This document shows positions 44,261 through 57,341 of a stretch of 64,000 bases of DNA, piece after piece. A program made the position numbers and the translations under genes. The stretch comes from Trichoplax adhaerens (taxonomy: Eukaryota > Animalia > Placozoa), in assembly GCF_000150275.1 (NCBI RefSeq), contig NW_002060946.1, forward strand, positions 5,990,597-6,054,596. Reading direction: 5' to 3'. Under the pieces are notes generated by a model. The model worked only from the letters and a program-made list of their open reading frames with translations. It searched no databases and was not told where the DNA came from. How positions within the stretch are numbered: the first letter of the stretch is position 1; the number at the start of each line of letters is the position of its first letter.

Positions 44261-45209
44261 TAATGAATGATATTTCATACACCATTGGTAATTGTATAAA
44301 ACGTATAGTATGAGAAATGACATACCATATCTTGATTAAATCAGTTCGAAAATCAATTTTTAAATAATTATGCCACTTTTTTGGGTAAAATTTTGCATGA
44401 CTTCAAACTTTATTTTCAAAATTGTAATATATTTTTATGGAAAATGCTAATGTACTGGTAAATAAATTTAGAAAACAATAAGGTAATCATACTCGTACAG
44501 TATACACAATTACTAGTAGCATTGAAATGGGTGTTATTCAAGCATATGGAGTTTTTTAGTACAAATTGATGGTAGCAATATTTGAGATTGATCTACTGTA
44601 CTATGATTATTTACTTTCGTACTAGTCTACGTTCAGAAATGTGTTGTCCATAATTCTGGTGAAAATTACTGTACAGTATCTGATTAGTTTGATCACTCCT
44701 TTATTTTGGACAAACTGATAAACTGCTCCTTGCGTAGATGAAAATTATCATTCTTGGCAGGGGGTAGTAATCGATTAGAAAGTGCTACACCTTGTATTGT
44801 ATTTCCGATGACTGACAACTACCATGGACTACCAATTTATTTTTTTTTACTTTGCTGACCAAAATGCCATTGCCTTTTAATTTGATGTAAATGGTATACT
44901 GAATGCTATATATGGTGTAATCTTATCACAATTTCCTGTACACAAAATTTACTACTTGGCATAGTGTTAATGGTTACGTTACGACTATATACGACCTAGG
45001 TATAATTGTTGCAAAATGAGTGCAACATTCATTATTGAACAACTGGAGCCTCGTAGTAGAGAGCGTGTTATACCCGAGACTATAATTATTATTGCTAGTC
45101 AAACTAACTGATTGATATGTCACTACATTGTTTGGAATCTATCCTCAGATTAAATCTATCTATTTATTTTTTGTTATTTTACTAAACGCCTCTAGATTCA
45201 TCCATCGAC

Positions 45210-48200
45210 ATGCCTACTCCACGTAATGGCGTTTACATCGTTCTGGGAGAGATGTCCCTCATCACTTTTGCAATACGTAGGAGTGCAAAGATGTCTAGTC
45301 ATTCACATCAGGTAATTTTTATGGACATGATGTAATTTCTATTTTGCTGACCTAAAAAAGTATATAACTTATAGTACTATATATTGTACAGTACTGTAAA
45401 TAGATGTCGGATCGACTGGCTTTAGAACTTGAACTGAGCTAAAATTAATACTTTCTTTTATTACTTTTGGATTTGTTTAATGCCGTAACTGTTGAGCTTC
45501 TGCGCATTTATTTATTTAATATTGCATATTATTTAAATTGTAGAGAAAATCTTTTTTCGTAATACCTAAGGTTATATGTACAATCAAGTTCTAAGTTAGA
45601 AGTCCAGCACATCAGAATGTTGTATATATATTATTTATTAATAAACGTTGTCCGTACTATCGGCTTTTTTTAGGACGAAGATCACGATCCAATCATGACC
45701 AATTTTACACGATTAAAACAATTGTTGATGACCGTATCCGGTAAGGGCATATGTATGCGTCTTTAGGAATGTCCTAATAAAGTAGTTACCAAACAGGTAT
45801 TTTTATGTAATTTTCTGTTAACGCTTGACTATTTATAATCATACTAGAACTGTCGCACGTTGATGCAAATACTTTTCTGAATCCCTTCTTGGATGTAATT
45901 CGATCGGAGGATACAACTGGACCAATTACTGGTTTAGCCCTCTCTTCCATTAATAAAATATTATCTTATGAACTGGTTAGTTTATCTACTACCTCAGCTG
46001 CTTCTGCTGTTGAAAATATTGCTGATGCCGTAACACACGCAAGATTTGTTGGAACTGATCCTGGCAGTGATGAAGTTGTATTAATGAAAATTTTACAAGT
46101 ATGGTTTATTGCATGGTCTTAGCTACACCGAAGTAATCAGACTTTGCTATCATGAATATTACTTATTAATTTTCTGATTACTTCCTATCAGGTCTTAAGA
46201 ACTCTACTTTCGAGTTCAGTAGGCAATCTCATGAGTAATGAATCAGTCTGTGATATTATGCAGTCTTGCTTTAGAATATGTTTTGAAGTACGACTTAGTG
46301 GTAAGTAGGACTGTTCTCTAAAATGGATCACTAATTAATAACGTGCCATTTAATTTTAAATAACCGTAATCAAATATAATTTTCATGAAATCTTTCTTGA
46401 TTGCTTATCATAAGAACTGTTACGAAGAACTGCTGAACATGCACTCATGGATATGACTCAAGTTTTATTTTCAAGGTTTGTATTGTCTTTAGTAAATGTT
46501 TATATATTTTGATACTTGCGTAGTTAATTGACTATCCTTCGAAATGTATTGAACGTTCTGCCATTCACAGATTACCACAATTGAAAGAAACACAAGGTGG
46601 TAGTGCATTAGCAATAAAAAAGGTTAGCGTAATATCAACATTAATTCTTTATTCTCTGTTGCATAAAAGTCATATTTAGTCAGTTGCCTAAATGTAGCGT
46701 TTTGATATTGCAGTCGTTAAAAAGGACCGTAAATGATGGATCTCATGGAAGAGGTAAGTTATAAAATTTCTCTGCTATGACAATTTGTGTCTCCATTTGC
46801 AATTCGGTATAATAAAGCATTATGAATATTACATCATTAGTAGTGGAATATGTGATCGATACAACTATTCAATATTATTATTGCTAGGGCGCCGAGAAAG
46901 GAAAATGATAGGTGGCAGTCGCAAATCTAAAATATCCCCATCTAATGTCTTGGCCAATAATGTTTCGTCTCATAGTCCGACAAATGTTAATGCAGATAAG
47001 CAAAGTTTAAATCAACAGGAGCCAGTAAAAGTTACTGTGACTGGCAATATAGAAAATCAAAAAAATGTAAGTTAGCTGCGATACTACATGCATAGTATGG
47101 GGTAGGTATTAGAAAAGTAACTGATCTTTGGATGTACAGTGTACACATAAACCATAGCTTATGTAAGCATAAATATTTCATTTTACTCTTTAGCTACTTA
47201 TTGATATAAAATTCCTATTATCCAATAGGTGGATGAAGTTCAATCAACGGATAAAAGGATAGCAAACGAATGTGAAACAAACTCTCCTGAAGTAGATTCA
47301 TTAAAAGTTTCTGATCGAAGTAGCGAGTGCGATACTATCAGTATGACATCTGAAATGGAACAAGATATTCAGGATGATAGCGAAATGATGAGTAAACGTG
47401 ATATTGATGAGCAGAGCGATAATTCTGAGCTATCGCCGCAAATACAATCGGGAGCGGAAATAAATGATATAGCTTCAAATTATGATATAAAAAGAGGTGC
47501 GTGATATATATGCGTGCACAAATTTAAGTACAAATTTAAATGTAAATCCTAAAATTGTAATTATAAATGCTAATATTTATTTTGATAGAGAAAAATTATC
47601 TAGTCGAGCCATATGGATTGCCTTGTGTGCGCGAATTGTTACGATTTTTAGTTTCTTTAATAAACCCACGTGATAGGTAACATTTATAATCAACGATATA
47701 GTACTTTTTTAGCACTGTTACATTTTCTATAGCTAAAATATTATTGGCGCGACTTTATAAAATTTCATACAAATATAGGCGTAACATAGAAGGAATGATC
47801 CACATGGGTTTGTCTCTTATAACGATGGCACTTGAATCTGGAGCGACATACATTGGAAATTCTCCTTCGTTGTTGGCATTAATTAAAGACGAATTGTGCC
47901 GGTCCTTATTTCTTGTTAGGATTGATGAATAAGTTTAAATTTCTACAAATGGCAGCTTGTGATCTATCTTATTATGTTTTAACATAAAATGTGATTTTTT
48001 TAGCTCTTACAAAGAGAAAATTTATCTTTATTCGCGTCGTCTTTGCGGGTATGTTTCTTTCTATTTGAATCTATGCGTGGCCACTTAAAATTTCAACTCG
48101 AGGTATGTCAATTCGGAAACATCGAAATTAATACATGTGTAGATGATTGATTCTAGCTGCTCAATGTAGCCTAATCATGCTAGTAAGCCCTATAATGCAA

Positions 48201-51200
48201 GATGTTATTTGTACTTTTATAATTCTTACTTGGTAGGCTTTTGTATTGAAACTTATGGACTTAATCTCTACTGACGCCGGACGTTACACATATGAAGTGA
48301 AAGAGTTAGCCCTTGAAAGTATTGTACAGGTAGGTGTATTCTGTAAAATTCTCTTTTAAGCCATTATAAATATCTTTTGTAATATATTCACATCTTTTCA
48401 GCTTTGCAGACTGCCAAACTTAGTTGCTGAATTATATATCAATTTCGACTGTGAAACTTACAGCAGTAATTTATTTGAAGAGTTAATAAAATTGTTATCC
48501 AAGGTAATTCATTTTTACCTGTCTTATCAATGGTTTAAGTATTTATGCATTGGTATTGCAGATTATAGTTTTTGGTATTGATATATCTTTCGTTATTTTC
48601 GAAATTTGTAGCATGTTTATCCTACTGCTGGTTCATACCTAGTACACATTCTGGCCTTAGAAGCATTGCTATCTGTGATAAATATTGTTGAAAATCATTG
48701 TAACACAATTAATGAGACAGGTGTTCAATTGATTTGACGTGAATTCATTTAAGTAACGCGAATTTACATCCTTGATAAGTAATAATGTTTGCGGTTGTAT
48801 CAATTATTTGTAGGTGTAGTTGTAGCACAGAAGTCAGCCATAGAAAAGGGTGATGCGAATGAATCAGTAAAAGGTAATGTCGCAAGTCAAGATAGTAGTA
48901 TGCTTAATGCAAGTTGTTACGACTTACCATTGCCAAAAGAGCTTATCCAAATAAAGCAGAGGAAAAAGGTTCGTACTGAGTTACTCCACTTTGTATTTAT
49001 TACCAGGTAATTTTAGTCATTACCGTAATAGGCTTAACGTATTATTAATGCTAATTTTTTCTGTTAGTTAATGCAAGCGGCTACTGAACAGTTTAATGTA
49101 AAGCCAAAGAATGGGTTAAAATTCATGCAAGAACATGGATTAATTAGTTCTCCTTTGCAATCTACTGAAGTAGCAACCGTTTTACGAGAGAATCGTCATT
49201 TGAGCAAGAAGATGATTGGCGATTATATTGGAGATAGAAAAAATCAAGTCATCCTAGATGCTTTTGTCAAATCTTTTTCGTATGAAAATACCTTGATTCA
49301 GGATGCATTACGAGCATTTCTAGAAACTTTTCGATTGCCTGGAGAAAGCCCCGTTATAACTAGAATATTGGAAACTTTTACTAATCATTGGTATGTTTGT
49401 GCGGGTGAGCCATTTGGCAACAAAGATGCCGCTTTCACACTTGCGTATGCTATTATAATGTTAAATGTCGACCAGCATAACGAAAACTTGAAGAAACAAG
49501 CAGCTATGACTGTTGAAGATTTTAAGCGTAATTTACGTGGTGTTAACAACAACGCTGATTTTCCTGAGGATATGTTAGAAGAAATTTTTATATCTATAAA
49601 GAACGAAGAAATCGTTATGCCTTCAGAACAAGTGGGACAGGTTCGTGACGACTATAACTGGAAGATGCTGCTTCATAGAGGCGCGTCTAAGGAAGGAGTG
49701 TATAAATTTGTCACTGATGGACGTTACGATCAAGACTTATTTCTTTTAATTTGGGGTCCTACGGTAGCAGCCTTGTCTTATATTTTTGACAATGCATCAG
49801 ATGAAATGATAGTTCAAAAGGCTGTTAATGGCTTTAGGCGATGTGCTTTAATATCTTCATTTTACGGTTTAACAAAGGTATTTGATAGCCTTGTCATATC
49901 ACTATGCAAGTCGACATTGCTTATGCATACGCCTGAGAAAGTCGATAGTATAGCGATTATGTTTGGCTCTAATTACAAAGCACAATTGGCGGCTCGTACT
50001 GTTTTTTCGTTATCGCATCGATTTGGTGACATATTACGCGAAGGTTGGGAAAATATATTAAACTGTATTTTGCAGTTATATCGCGCTCGCCTACTTCCGG
50101 CTCTTATGGTTGATGCTGAAGATTTTCTCGATCCAACAGGCTCCATTTCTATTATGCCTGACGAAATGGCTAATACAAAAAGTGATGGTTCTCTATTGTC
50201 ATCATTTTATCAGTATTTATTAAACCCTGATACTTCGAGTGGACGTAGCGATAAACCTGAAGACATTGAAGCCCAAGAAAGAGCCCAAGCTTGCATTAAA
50301 GAGTGCCATCCAGAATTTCTTGTAACAGAAAGCAAATTTTTAAGAATTGATTCTTTGCTCGAGCTAATAAAAGCTCTCACTTTTGGTTCTCGTGGAGCAG
50401 CGGCGCATGAAACATTAGGCACTCATTATGATGAAGATGCAGCTGTTTTCTTTTTAGAATTGCTAATAAAAGTGGTTATCCAAAACAGAGATCGTATTCA
50501 ATCAATATGGAAAGGAGTTAGGGAACATTTAACAAACTTAATTTTGTCCAGCCAGTATAATTTTTTAACAGAACGTGCTGTTGTTGGCATGTTACGTCTT
50601 GGTATGAGACTTTTGCGACGTGAGGAAATGATTAATGAAACCATTTCGTCTCTTCAAATTTTATTATTAATTAAGCCAAGCGTCTTAAGATATGTATGCA
50701 AACAAATTACATTTGGTATTTGCGAGTTGGTAAGATCAAATGTGACCAATATTACTTCAGTAAGCTGCTGGAATACGTTGTTATCCTTTCTTGAGGTAGC
50801 TGGGGCCGGTGCAAAGCCTCCATCAGCTTCTCAAATTAAAAGTTCGCCATCGTTTGATAACTCTGGAGGTTCCTTTGAAACTTTCGAAACGGAAAAATTT
50901 GATACTGGCAGTACTTATTCGGTGGCTGATTCAGAATACTCGTCTACATCGCAACCAAGTGTATTTGGGGGTTCTTCTCATTCTATCTCTCAAAATCTTT
51001 CAATGTTCTCGTTGCCCTTTAGCACTGTAAATAGCTCTCAAATTACTGTCGCTGAAACTAGTAATACCGGTGCTAGTACTAATGCTTATCATGGACGAAA
51101 CTTCTTTGTTGTTGTGAACAAGGACGGTTCTGATAGTCAGTACAATTTATCGCTAAGTGATGAAATCAATAAACATGATACCAGATGCTTAACTAAATCT

Positions 51201-53398
51201 TGTGAGACATTAGGCTTTTTAATTAGAGACTCTGCTCATTTGACACCGACTAATTTTCCTGGATGTGTGCATGGTTTAAGAGTTCTAGCACAAGCAACCG
51301 CCAATGGCAGTGTAAACCGCTACAACGATGGATTAACTAGGCTCGAACCTACGCATGATAGGAAGAATGTTAAAAGCTCGAAATATAAGCCTGCGAAACG
51401 TAGTAAAGAATCTGGTAATGCAAAAAAGCGTATGCAATCTTCCGAACTTATACAGCAACACTCTACGTCATTTGATTCAACTTATTCCGAACCTAATATC
51501 GAAGATTGTTATTATGGTGTATCAATGCAATTACTCGATTTAATGCATACACTTCATATTAAGGCTTCTTCAGTGTATGAGTCAGCTGTCTTTATGAATA
51601 GTGATAAGTCGAATTTAGCTAGCGAAGAGCAAGAGAATGAAGAATGCTTGCCGCATCAGAGTGATAATGAGTCCAACGAAAGTAGCGAAACTCAATCTTC
51701 GAAAAAAGTAGGACAGTTGCCTACCGACGACTTGAAGCAAGGTTCTTCACCTTCAGTTAAGAAAGCAAATCAAACTCCGATTAAGATCAATGCTCATTTT
51801 CTGTGGACCAATTGCTGGTGTCCTCTGCTACAAGGTATGGCGGCGATGTGTTTAGATACTCGTAAAGATGTTAGAAATGCGGCATTGACAAACTTGCAGA
51901 GATCGCTACTTGTTCACGATATGCAGAAGTTGTCAGCACTGGAATGGGAAGCTTGCTTTAATCAGGTAATGAAATACTACAGTATATTATACTGTGATAA
52001 ACTGTATACAAAATTACTGCAGCAGTATTATCGATATTTAGCATTTAGTTTGGATAATAAAGTCATCATTATCTCGTATAGGTTCTATTTCCGATGTTAT
52101 CAAGTTTGATCGGTATTCCTAATAATGATGCTTCTACTGCATTTGTCAATATCGAAGAAACGCGTATGAGGGCAGCTGCTCTATTGTCAAAGGTAAGGTG
52201 CAACTATTTTATTTACATAGCCAATGTCATACGGCACAATTATCTTATTCTTACTTTTATTCTTAGGTATTTTTACAACATTTAACACAATTGCTGACTT
52301 TGTCGACTTTTACTGCCCTTTGGCTGACAATCCTCGACTTTATGGATAAATGTATGCATGCAGATAGTACTGGATTACTTGTAAGTATTGAGTACGTTAT
52401 TTACACTGTACATGAATCATGATCGCAGATCAAATTTATAAGGCTTTCAGTTTTGTTAATAGAGTTATTTCCTTTCATGCGTAGAGTGAAGCTATCCCAG
52501 AATCTCTAAAGAATATGTTACTAGTTATGGTAACAGCCAGAATATTTGATGAGGATACTGAAACTTACGGCGACAAAGAAGTAGCATCTGAAAAGCCTGG
52601 CGTATCACGAGCTGATCCCACTACCCAAAGCGAACCTAACGGTCAGGAAGATGGATCGAGTCGTGAAGCGCAAACTTCATCCGATTCTACTCCGAAACGA
52701 TCACAGTTATGGACAATGACTTGGGAAAGGATAAACTTATTTTTACCTAATTTGCAAGAGGAGCTTTTTGGTCATACCAACCTAGAAACAAGAAACACAG
52801 TTAGCCAACCTGTTCGTTCGCATTCGACTAACTTTGAATCGACTGATGAACAGGAATCTACAAAACTTGATGAAAATGGTTAGCTGATTCACACTATAGT
52901 AATCAATTCCTGTACCGCATAGTGTTTTAAAATTACAACTTTGTAATTGGATTATTTATTACTATAATGTTAAATATTAGGACATTAATTAAATCGAATT
53001 TTTTAATCTCTGATCTTATTTTTGTTTGTTTAACTACAGTAACAGAAGATACAAGTAAACCACAAAGAGCGAAATCAATGTCGGATTTAACTCATAATAA
53101 AAATAATAATACCAGCATCTGCGTTGTTTTGCAACCTCCTTTACCCACACTGCAGAGTCGTGCAAATCCTAATGCCGAAAGCTCCAGCAGTACGTCTTTG
53201 TCTGGTAACGTCCCTATATTGCTGACACCAAATCTTATAAACGCTACTGCAAATAATCTGCCTGTAACAAGTATTTCCAAAGCTAACACGAGTGCATCTG
53301 TATCCGATCAGCCTGCTGCATCTGACGCTACTGAAAATGACGCAAAACCACAGGATAAACCTAAGGCTGAACAAATTTCACCGGTATTTAGTATATGA
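45210..53398 (+). CDS. GBF1: Golgi-specific BFA-resistance Arf-GEF GBF1 (multi-exon; large exon 49068-51965)
   Basis: DCB region [22 protein letters not shown] and [23 protein letters not shown]; HUS box YINFDC; Sec7 [10 protein letters not shown] and [13 protein letters not shown]; HDS motifs [38 protein letters not shown]. Confidence 0.97.
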
Positions 53399-55718
53399 TT
53401 GTGAATGGCGGTCTGTTGTGTGCAGCTTTCTCTTTTATTATGCATTTTTACATGATTGCAAATTTATTCGATATTAACATTTCGAAGGAGAACATTAGTA
53501 AGAATTCTTAAATATTAAAAAATGTATGGCGCTTAAATTAAGTAATATTTATACCTAGAGAACTGGTTTCTTAATGTTACATAAATGCCTAACATACTAC
53601 TGTAGTACTTTTATTCTGTTCTAATTAAAACCGACTTACTGCTAATGATTAAAATTTAATTCGTTGTTTTATCAAATTCTGATAATACAGTTTGAATCTA
53701 AAATGATACTGGTTTTGAAAAATATCAAAATTAAAGTTGCATGTATAGTACATCACTGTGCAAGCTCTTTTAGACTGAACCTAATAGATGACTACGTCAT
53801 CTATGACAAATTTGCTAGCTTGTTTTAGAATACATTTTTATTTGTATTTGCTTAATAGTCTTTTAAAAATCTTGATCAATTTGGCGTGCGCTTGTTTATC
53901 TTTAATCATTACAAATTACCAAAGAAATTGTAACCTTGATCTGACTATTGTAACTTTAACAATGAGTCGAAAATTTATAAATATGTTATAACTTTCTATA
54001 TCCATTTAATAGAACTATAACTAGTTTACATGTCAGTTTCATGTTATTTACGATTCCTTAAAGTCTGAATACATGGTGAGTAAGTGATTATGGAAAACTT
54101 TAAAATGGATATATTCTGCTGATATGTTTCTTATTGTAAATATGATATATCAAATTAACTGATGTTTTTGGCTGATTATAAATGATATAGCTACGATGAG
54201 ATCATAGATAGTACTCGTGTTGTTGATATTGCTTGATTGTATCATAACAAACATGACTTATACGCTTCTTGTTCGTAATTTATGATCTTTATCATACACG
54301 TAGGTGCTACTTTTTTAGCCAAAATCTCATAGAATGAAACTATTTCACAGTATTATTCAACTTGTAGTACTCTATTGCAAAACAGATTAAGGCGTTTATC
54401 GTTACTTTTAAGCGTACGTGTGAACAATTTGTTGCCAAGCTGAGAATTTGATATGTAACTTGTTTCCTAGCTAGTCTTGCAATAAGCATAATCAATCATG
54501 AGATATTATTATTCTGTCTTACAACAATTGGGAATCAACACTAATGCCGTTATTATTATTATTAAAATTTCTATTCGATTGAAACGACTGTATGTATTAC
54601 ATGTATGGATTAATATAATAAATAATTTAGAAGATAAAATAAATAAATTGGAATTACACGAACTGATTGCGAAACTGATGATATAATTTCGTACAGAAAG
54701 AAGGTTTAACCAACCATGATTAATTCTTTGCAGTGAGCATCCAACTATAATTACTCTAGAACTGCGAGAGAAAGTCATTGTAAGATTATTTCAAGAAATA
54801 GTTCGAATACTATTGCAGTTGGACAATAGGTCTTTGAATTTTCGGTTTGAGGGCTAGGGTTTCTTAGAAATAATTCATGATATTAGTTAATTGCTCTAGT
54901 AATTTTTAATAAAAAGTGTCAATAAAATACAAATAGAACATGAAAGTTCTATTATTCAAAATGTAGAAGAACTACTTTCGTATCGGTCAGAAATGACTTT
55001 TCAATTATATATTAGCTGTCGATCATACTATAGTAACGATTTTCTTCATATAACTAGAAGAGCTTGATCAAAGTAACTCTTCAAGCGGTCGAATTAACCA
55101 GGGAGTTTTTGATAGTAAGTTGAAGTCTATTAGATCATCTCGATTAAACTTATTGCACTCTATGGGACAAAATTTAACACCTTAAAAGTTGGGATATTGT
55201 TAAGTTTATTGCGTAGATTTGGAATTATTTACGTGTAGTCATTGGTACAAATTTCTAGGATACAGATTACAAATTATACCATCAGAACTATGTAATGAGT
55301 GAAATGATTTTAACTTAAAAATAATAATATGACAGGAGAAAATACGTTACATTAGTGCTTTGTACTTTTAGTTGTTTTATAATTCTTTATCATTAGTTGA
55401 TTTATTACCGTAGGTTTAATATCCTATATTTTAAATTAAGGAATTCATATTAATATGATTCTGGTTAAAATATAAAGTAACTTGCATTTATGAGGATTCC
55501 AGTTGACCGATTATAAATGATAACAGCTAATGCAAAAAAAAATTTAACGTGTAGTAAACATATTCAGAAGCAAAGTAGACCCTAACAACATACGAGTTTA
55601 ATATTACTATAAAGAATTTAATAAACAAAGCGTGATTTCTTTTTTATTAAAATAAAAATAGGCCGTTTATTGCATAGTGGTCAATTCTCAACTTACAAAT
55701 GATATAGAGTAAGTAATC

Positions 55719-57341
55719 TTAAGAGTTAGCTATCCAAAATGATAAATCCATATTTTTATTAGTATTCCAATCGAAATAATAATCTGTAGATTCCTTAGGC
55801 TTTGAGCTTAGATCAGTAGATGATAGTGATATGGATTGTAAATTTTCAACAATAGTACTAGATTCATCATTTGCAGTAAGATGATTATTTGCCAACCATT
55901 TATTTGAATCTTCTACGCGAACAAGACGAAAATACTGCGCAACATCACGTAAAAAGTCATTAGTTTCATCTTTGGTAGTATCTGTAATAGGTTGCCCGGC
56001 CAGCCAATTTGATAAATCCCAAACTTCAGTATTATTCGAATCATTGTTTACAGCATGTGCCATTTCTGAATGGTCACTTTTTCTATCGTACAATGATCGA
56101 TTTGAAGCATCTTGGTTGGTATCATCCGATTTAAAGCGTTTTGCAAGCCATAAATTGGAATCTGAGTTGTCATAAGGAAAAGTAAAGGTGTAAATTGACG
56201 AAGCTTCAGAACGAGAATCGAATGACTTATTCCATTGGTTGTTTAAATCATCATCATGTTTCCATTTCAAATTCTCAACAGGATTATTGTTGATTTCTTT
56301 CTCGTTACTTAACCATGTCTTGATGTCATCTTTTTGGTGAAAAACAGGAAACGTGGTTATGGTATTTATCAAGGTTGTCGAAGGTGTATTTTGTAATTGA
56401 GAGTTGCGCTCAACTAACCAATGATCAGTGTCTAGCATCAATGAATTTTTCTTCTTGCTATCATAGGGTCCTGTATTTTGCTGACAGTCACTGCTGTTAT
56501 GGGGATATTGGCTTTTTATAGGAAAAGACTCTGGTTCCTTTTCATTTTGTGGTGTTGATTTGCTTTGAAGCCACTTTTCAGATGAATACTGATTATTTTT
56601 AGATTGAATGATGGACGATAAGGCAGCACAGTTGTACTTATTGCCGCAACAATTTTTTCGCTTTCTATCAAGATTGTTATAAGTTTTCATTTGATAATTT
56701 GTATCTTGACTAGGTGAATTAGAAGTCACACGCGGAATGCATTCTTCGATAGCTGTGGGTGTATCGCTAGCAATAATTTGATCCTGGTCGTCATCTTCAA
56801 CTGTTTTATTAGCGTTTTGCATCAATGGAGTTTCAAAAGCTACGCTTCTTACATAGTTTAAACACTGGCAATTGGATTGGCCATCGCATGTGTCAATTCT
56901 ACCAAAATTGTTTAGTTGTTTGATTAGTTTTTCGGTCTCAGAATTAAAGTTTATGCAACCACTAGAAGCAAGTTGTTGTTGTTGATTAATGAAGGTCTCC
57001 ATGTTGTCAATTCGGCATCGAAAGCTATCCTTCACGCTGGGCAACTCATTCATATCCTCTGAGTTGATTTTAACTTGATGATAAGAGCCAATTGCTTGAT
57101 TAATTAATTCACGCCGATCTTGTAGCAAATCTATTTTGGTTTGGTATAGTAAATCGGCTTGGTCTAATAGCCAGGTTTCTCGACTACGTACAGCATCGAA
57201 TAATTGTGCAGTATTTTGGCGAATAAAGTGTTTTGTCAGGTCGCGATTGTTTGACAAAGTCTCCTTGACGGAATCCGTAGCAACCAATAATTGTTGATAG
57301 GAATGAACGATGTCATCCAAGTTATTCAACACACTAGACAT
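55719..57341 (-). CDS. NCOA4: Nuclear receptor coactivator 4 / ARA70 (ferritinophagy receptor)-like; single coding exon, 540 aa
   Basis: N-terminal coiled coil containing AVRSRETWLLDQADLLYQTK (human, from memory: CLRSREVWLYEQVDLIYQLK). The C-terminal half has repeated xxW[LI] motifs. A 5'-UTR acceptor lies ~35 nt upstream of the ATG. Confidence 0.85.
   Translation of the reverse strand: MSSVLNNLDDIVHSYQQLLVATDSVKETLSNNRDLTKHFIRQNTAQLFDAVRSRETWLLDQADLLYQTKIDLLQDRRELINQAIGSYHQVKINSEDMNELPSVKDSFRCRIDNMETFINQQQQLASSGCINFNSETEKLIKQLNNFGRIDTCDGQSNCQCLNYVRSVAFETPLMQNANKTVEDDDQDQIIASDTPTAIEECIPRVTSNSPSQDTNYQMKTYNNLDRKRKNCCGNKYNCAALSSIIQSKNNQYSSEKWLQSKSTPQNEKEPESFPIKSQYPHNSSDCQQNTGPYDSKKKNSLMLDTDHWLVERNSQLQNTPSTTLINTITTFPVFHQKDDIKTWLSNEKEINNNPVENLKWKHDDDLNNQWNKSFDSRSEASSIYTFTFPYDNSDSNLWLAKRFKSDDTNQDASNRSLYDRKSDHSEMAHAVNNDSNNTEVWDLSNWLAGQPITDTTKDETNDFLRDVAQYFRLVRVEDSNKWLANNHLTANDESSTIVENLQSISLSSTDLSSKPKESTDYYFDWNTNKNMDLSFWIANS

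Noticed and set aside
50210-56175. Antisense or alternative-frame ORFs over GBF1 and NCOA4 (also 10466-10717 over the GPCR)
   Set aside because: Short shadows of real CDSs with no independent motifs.
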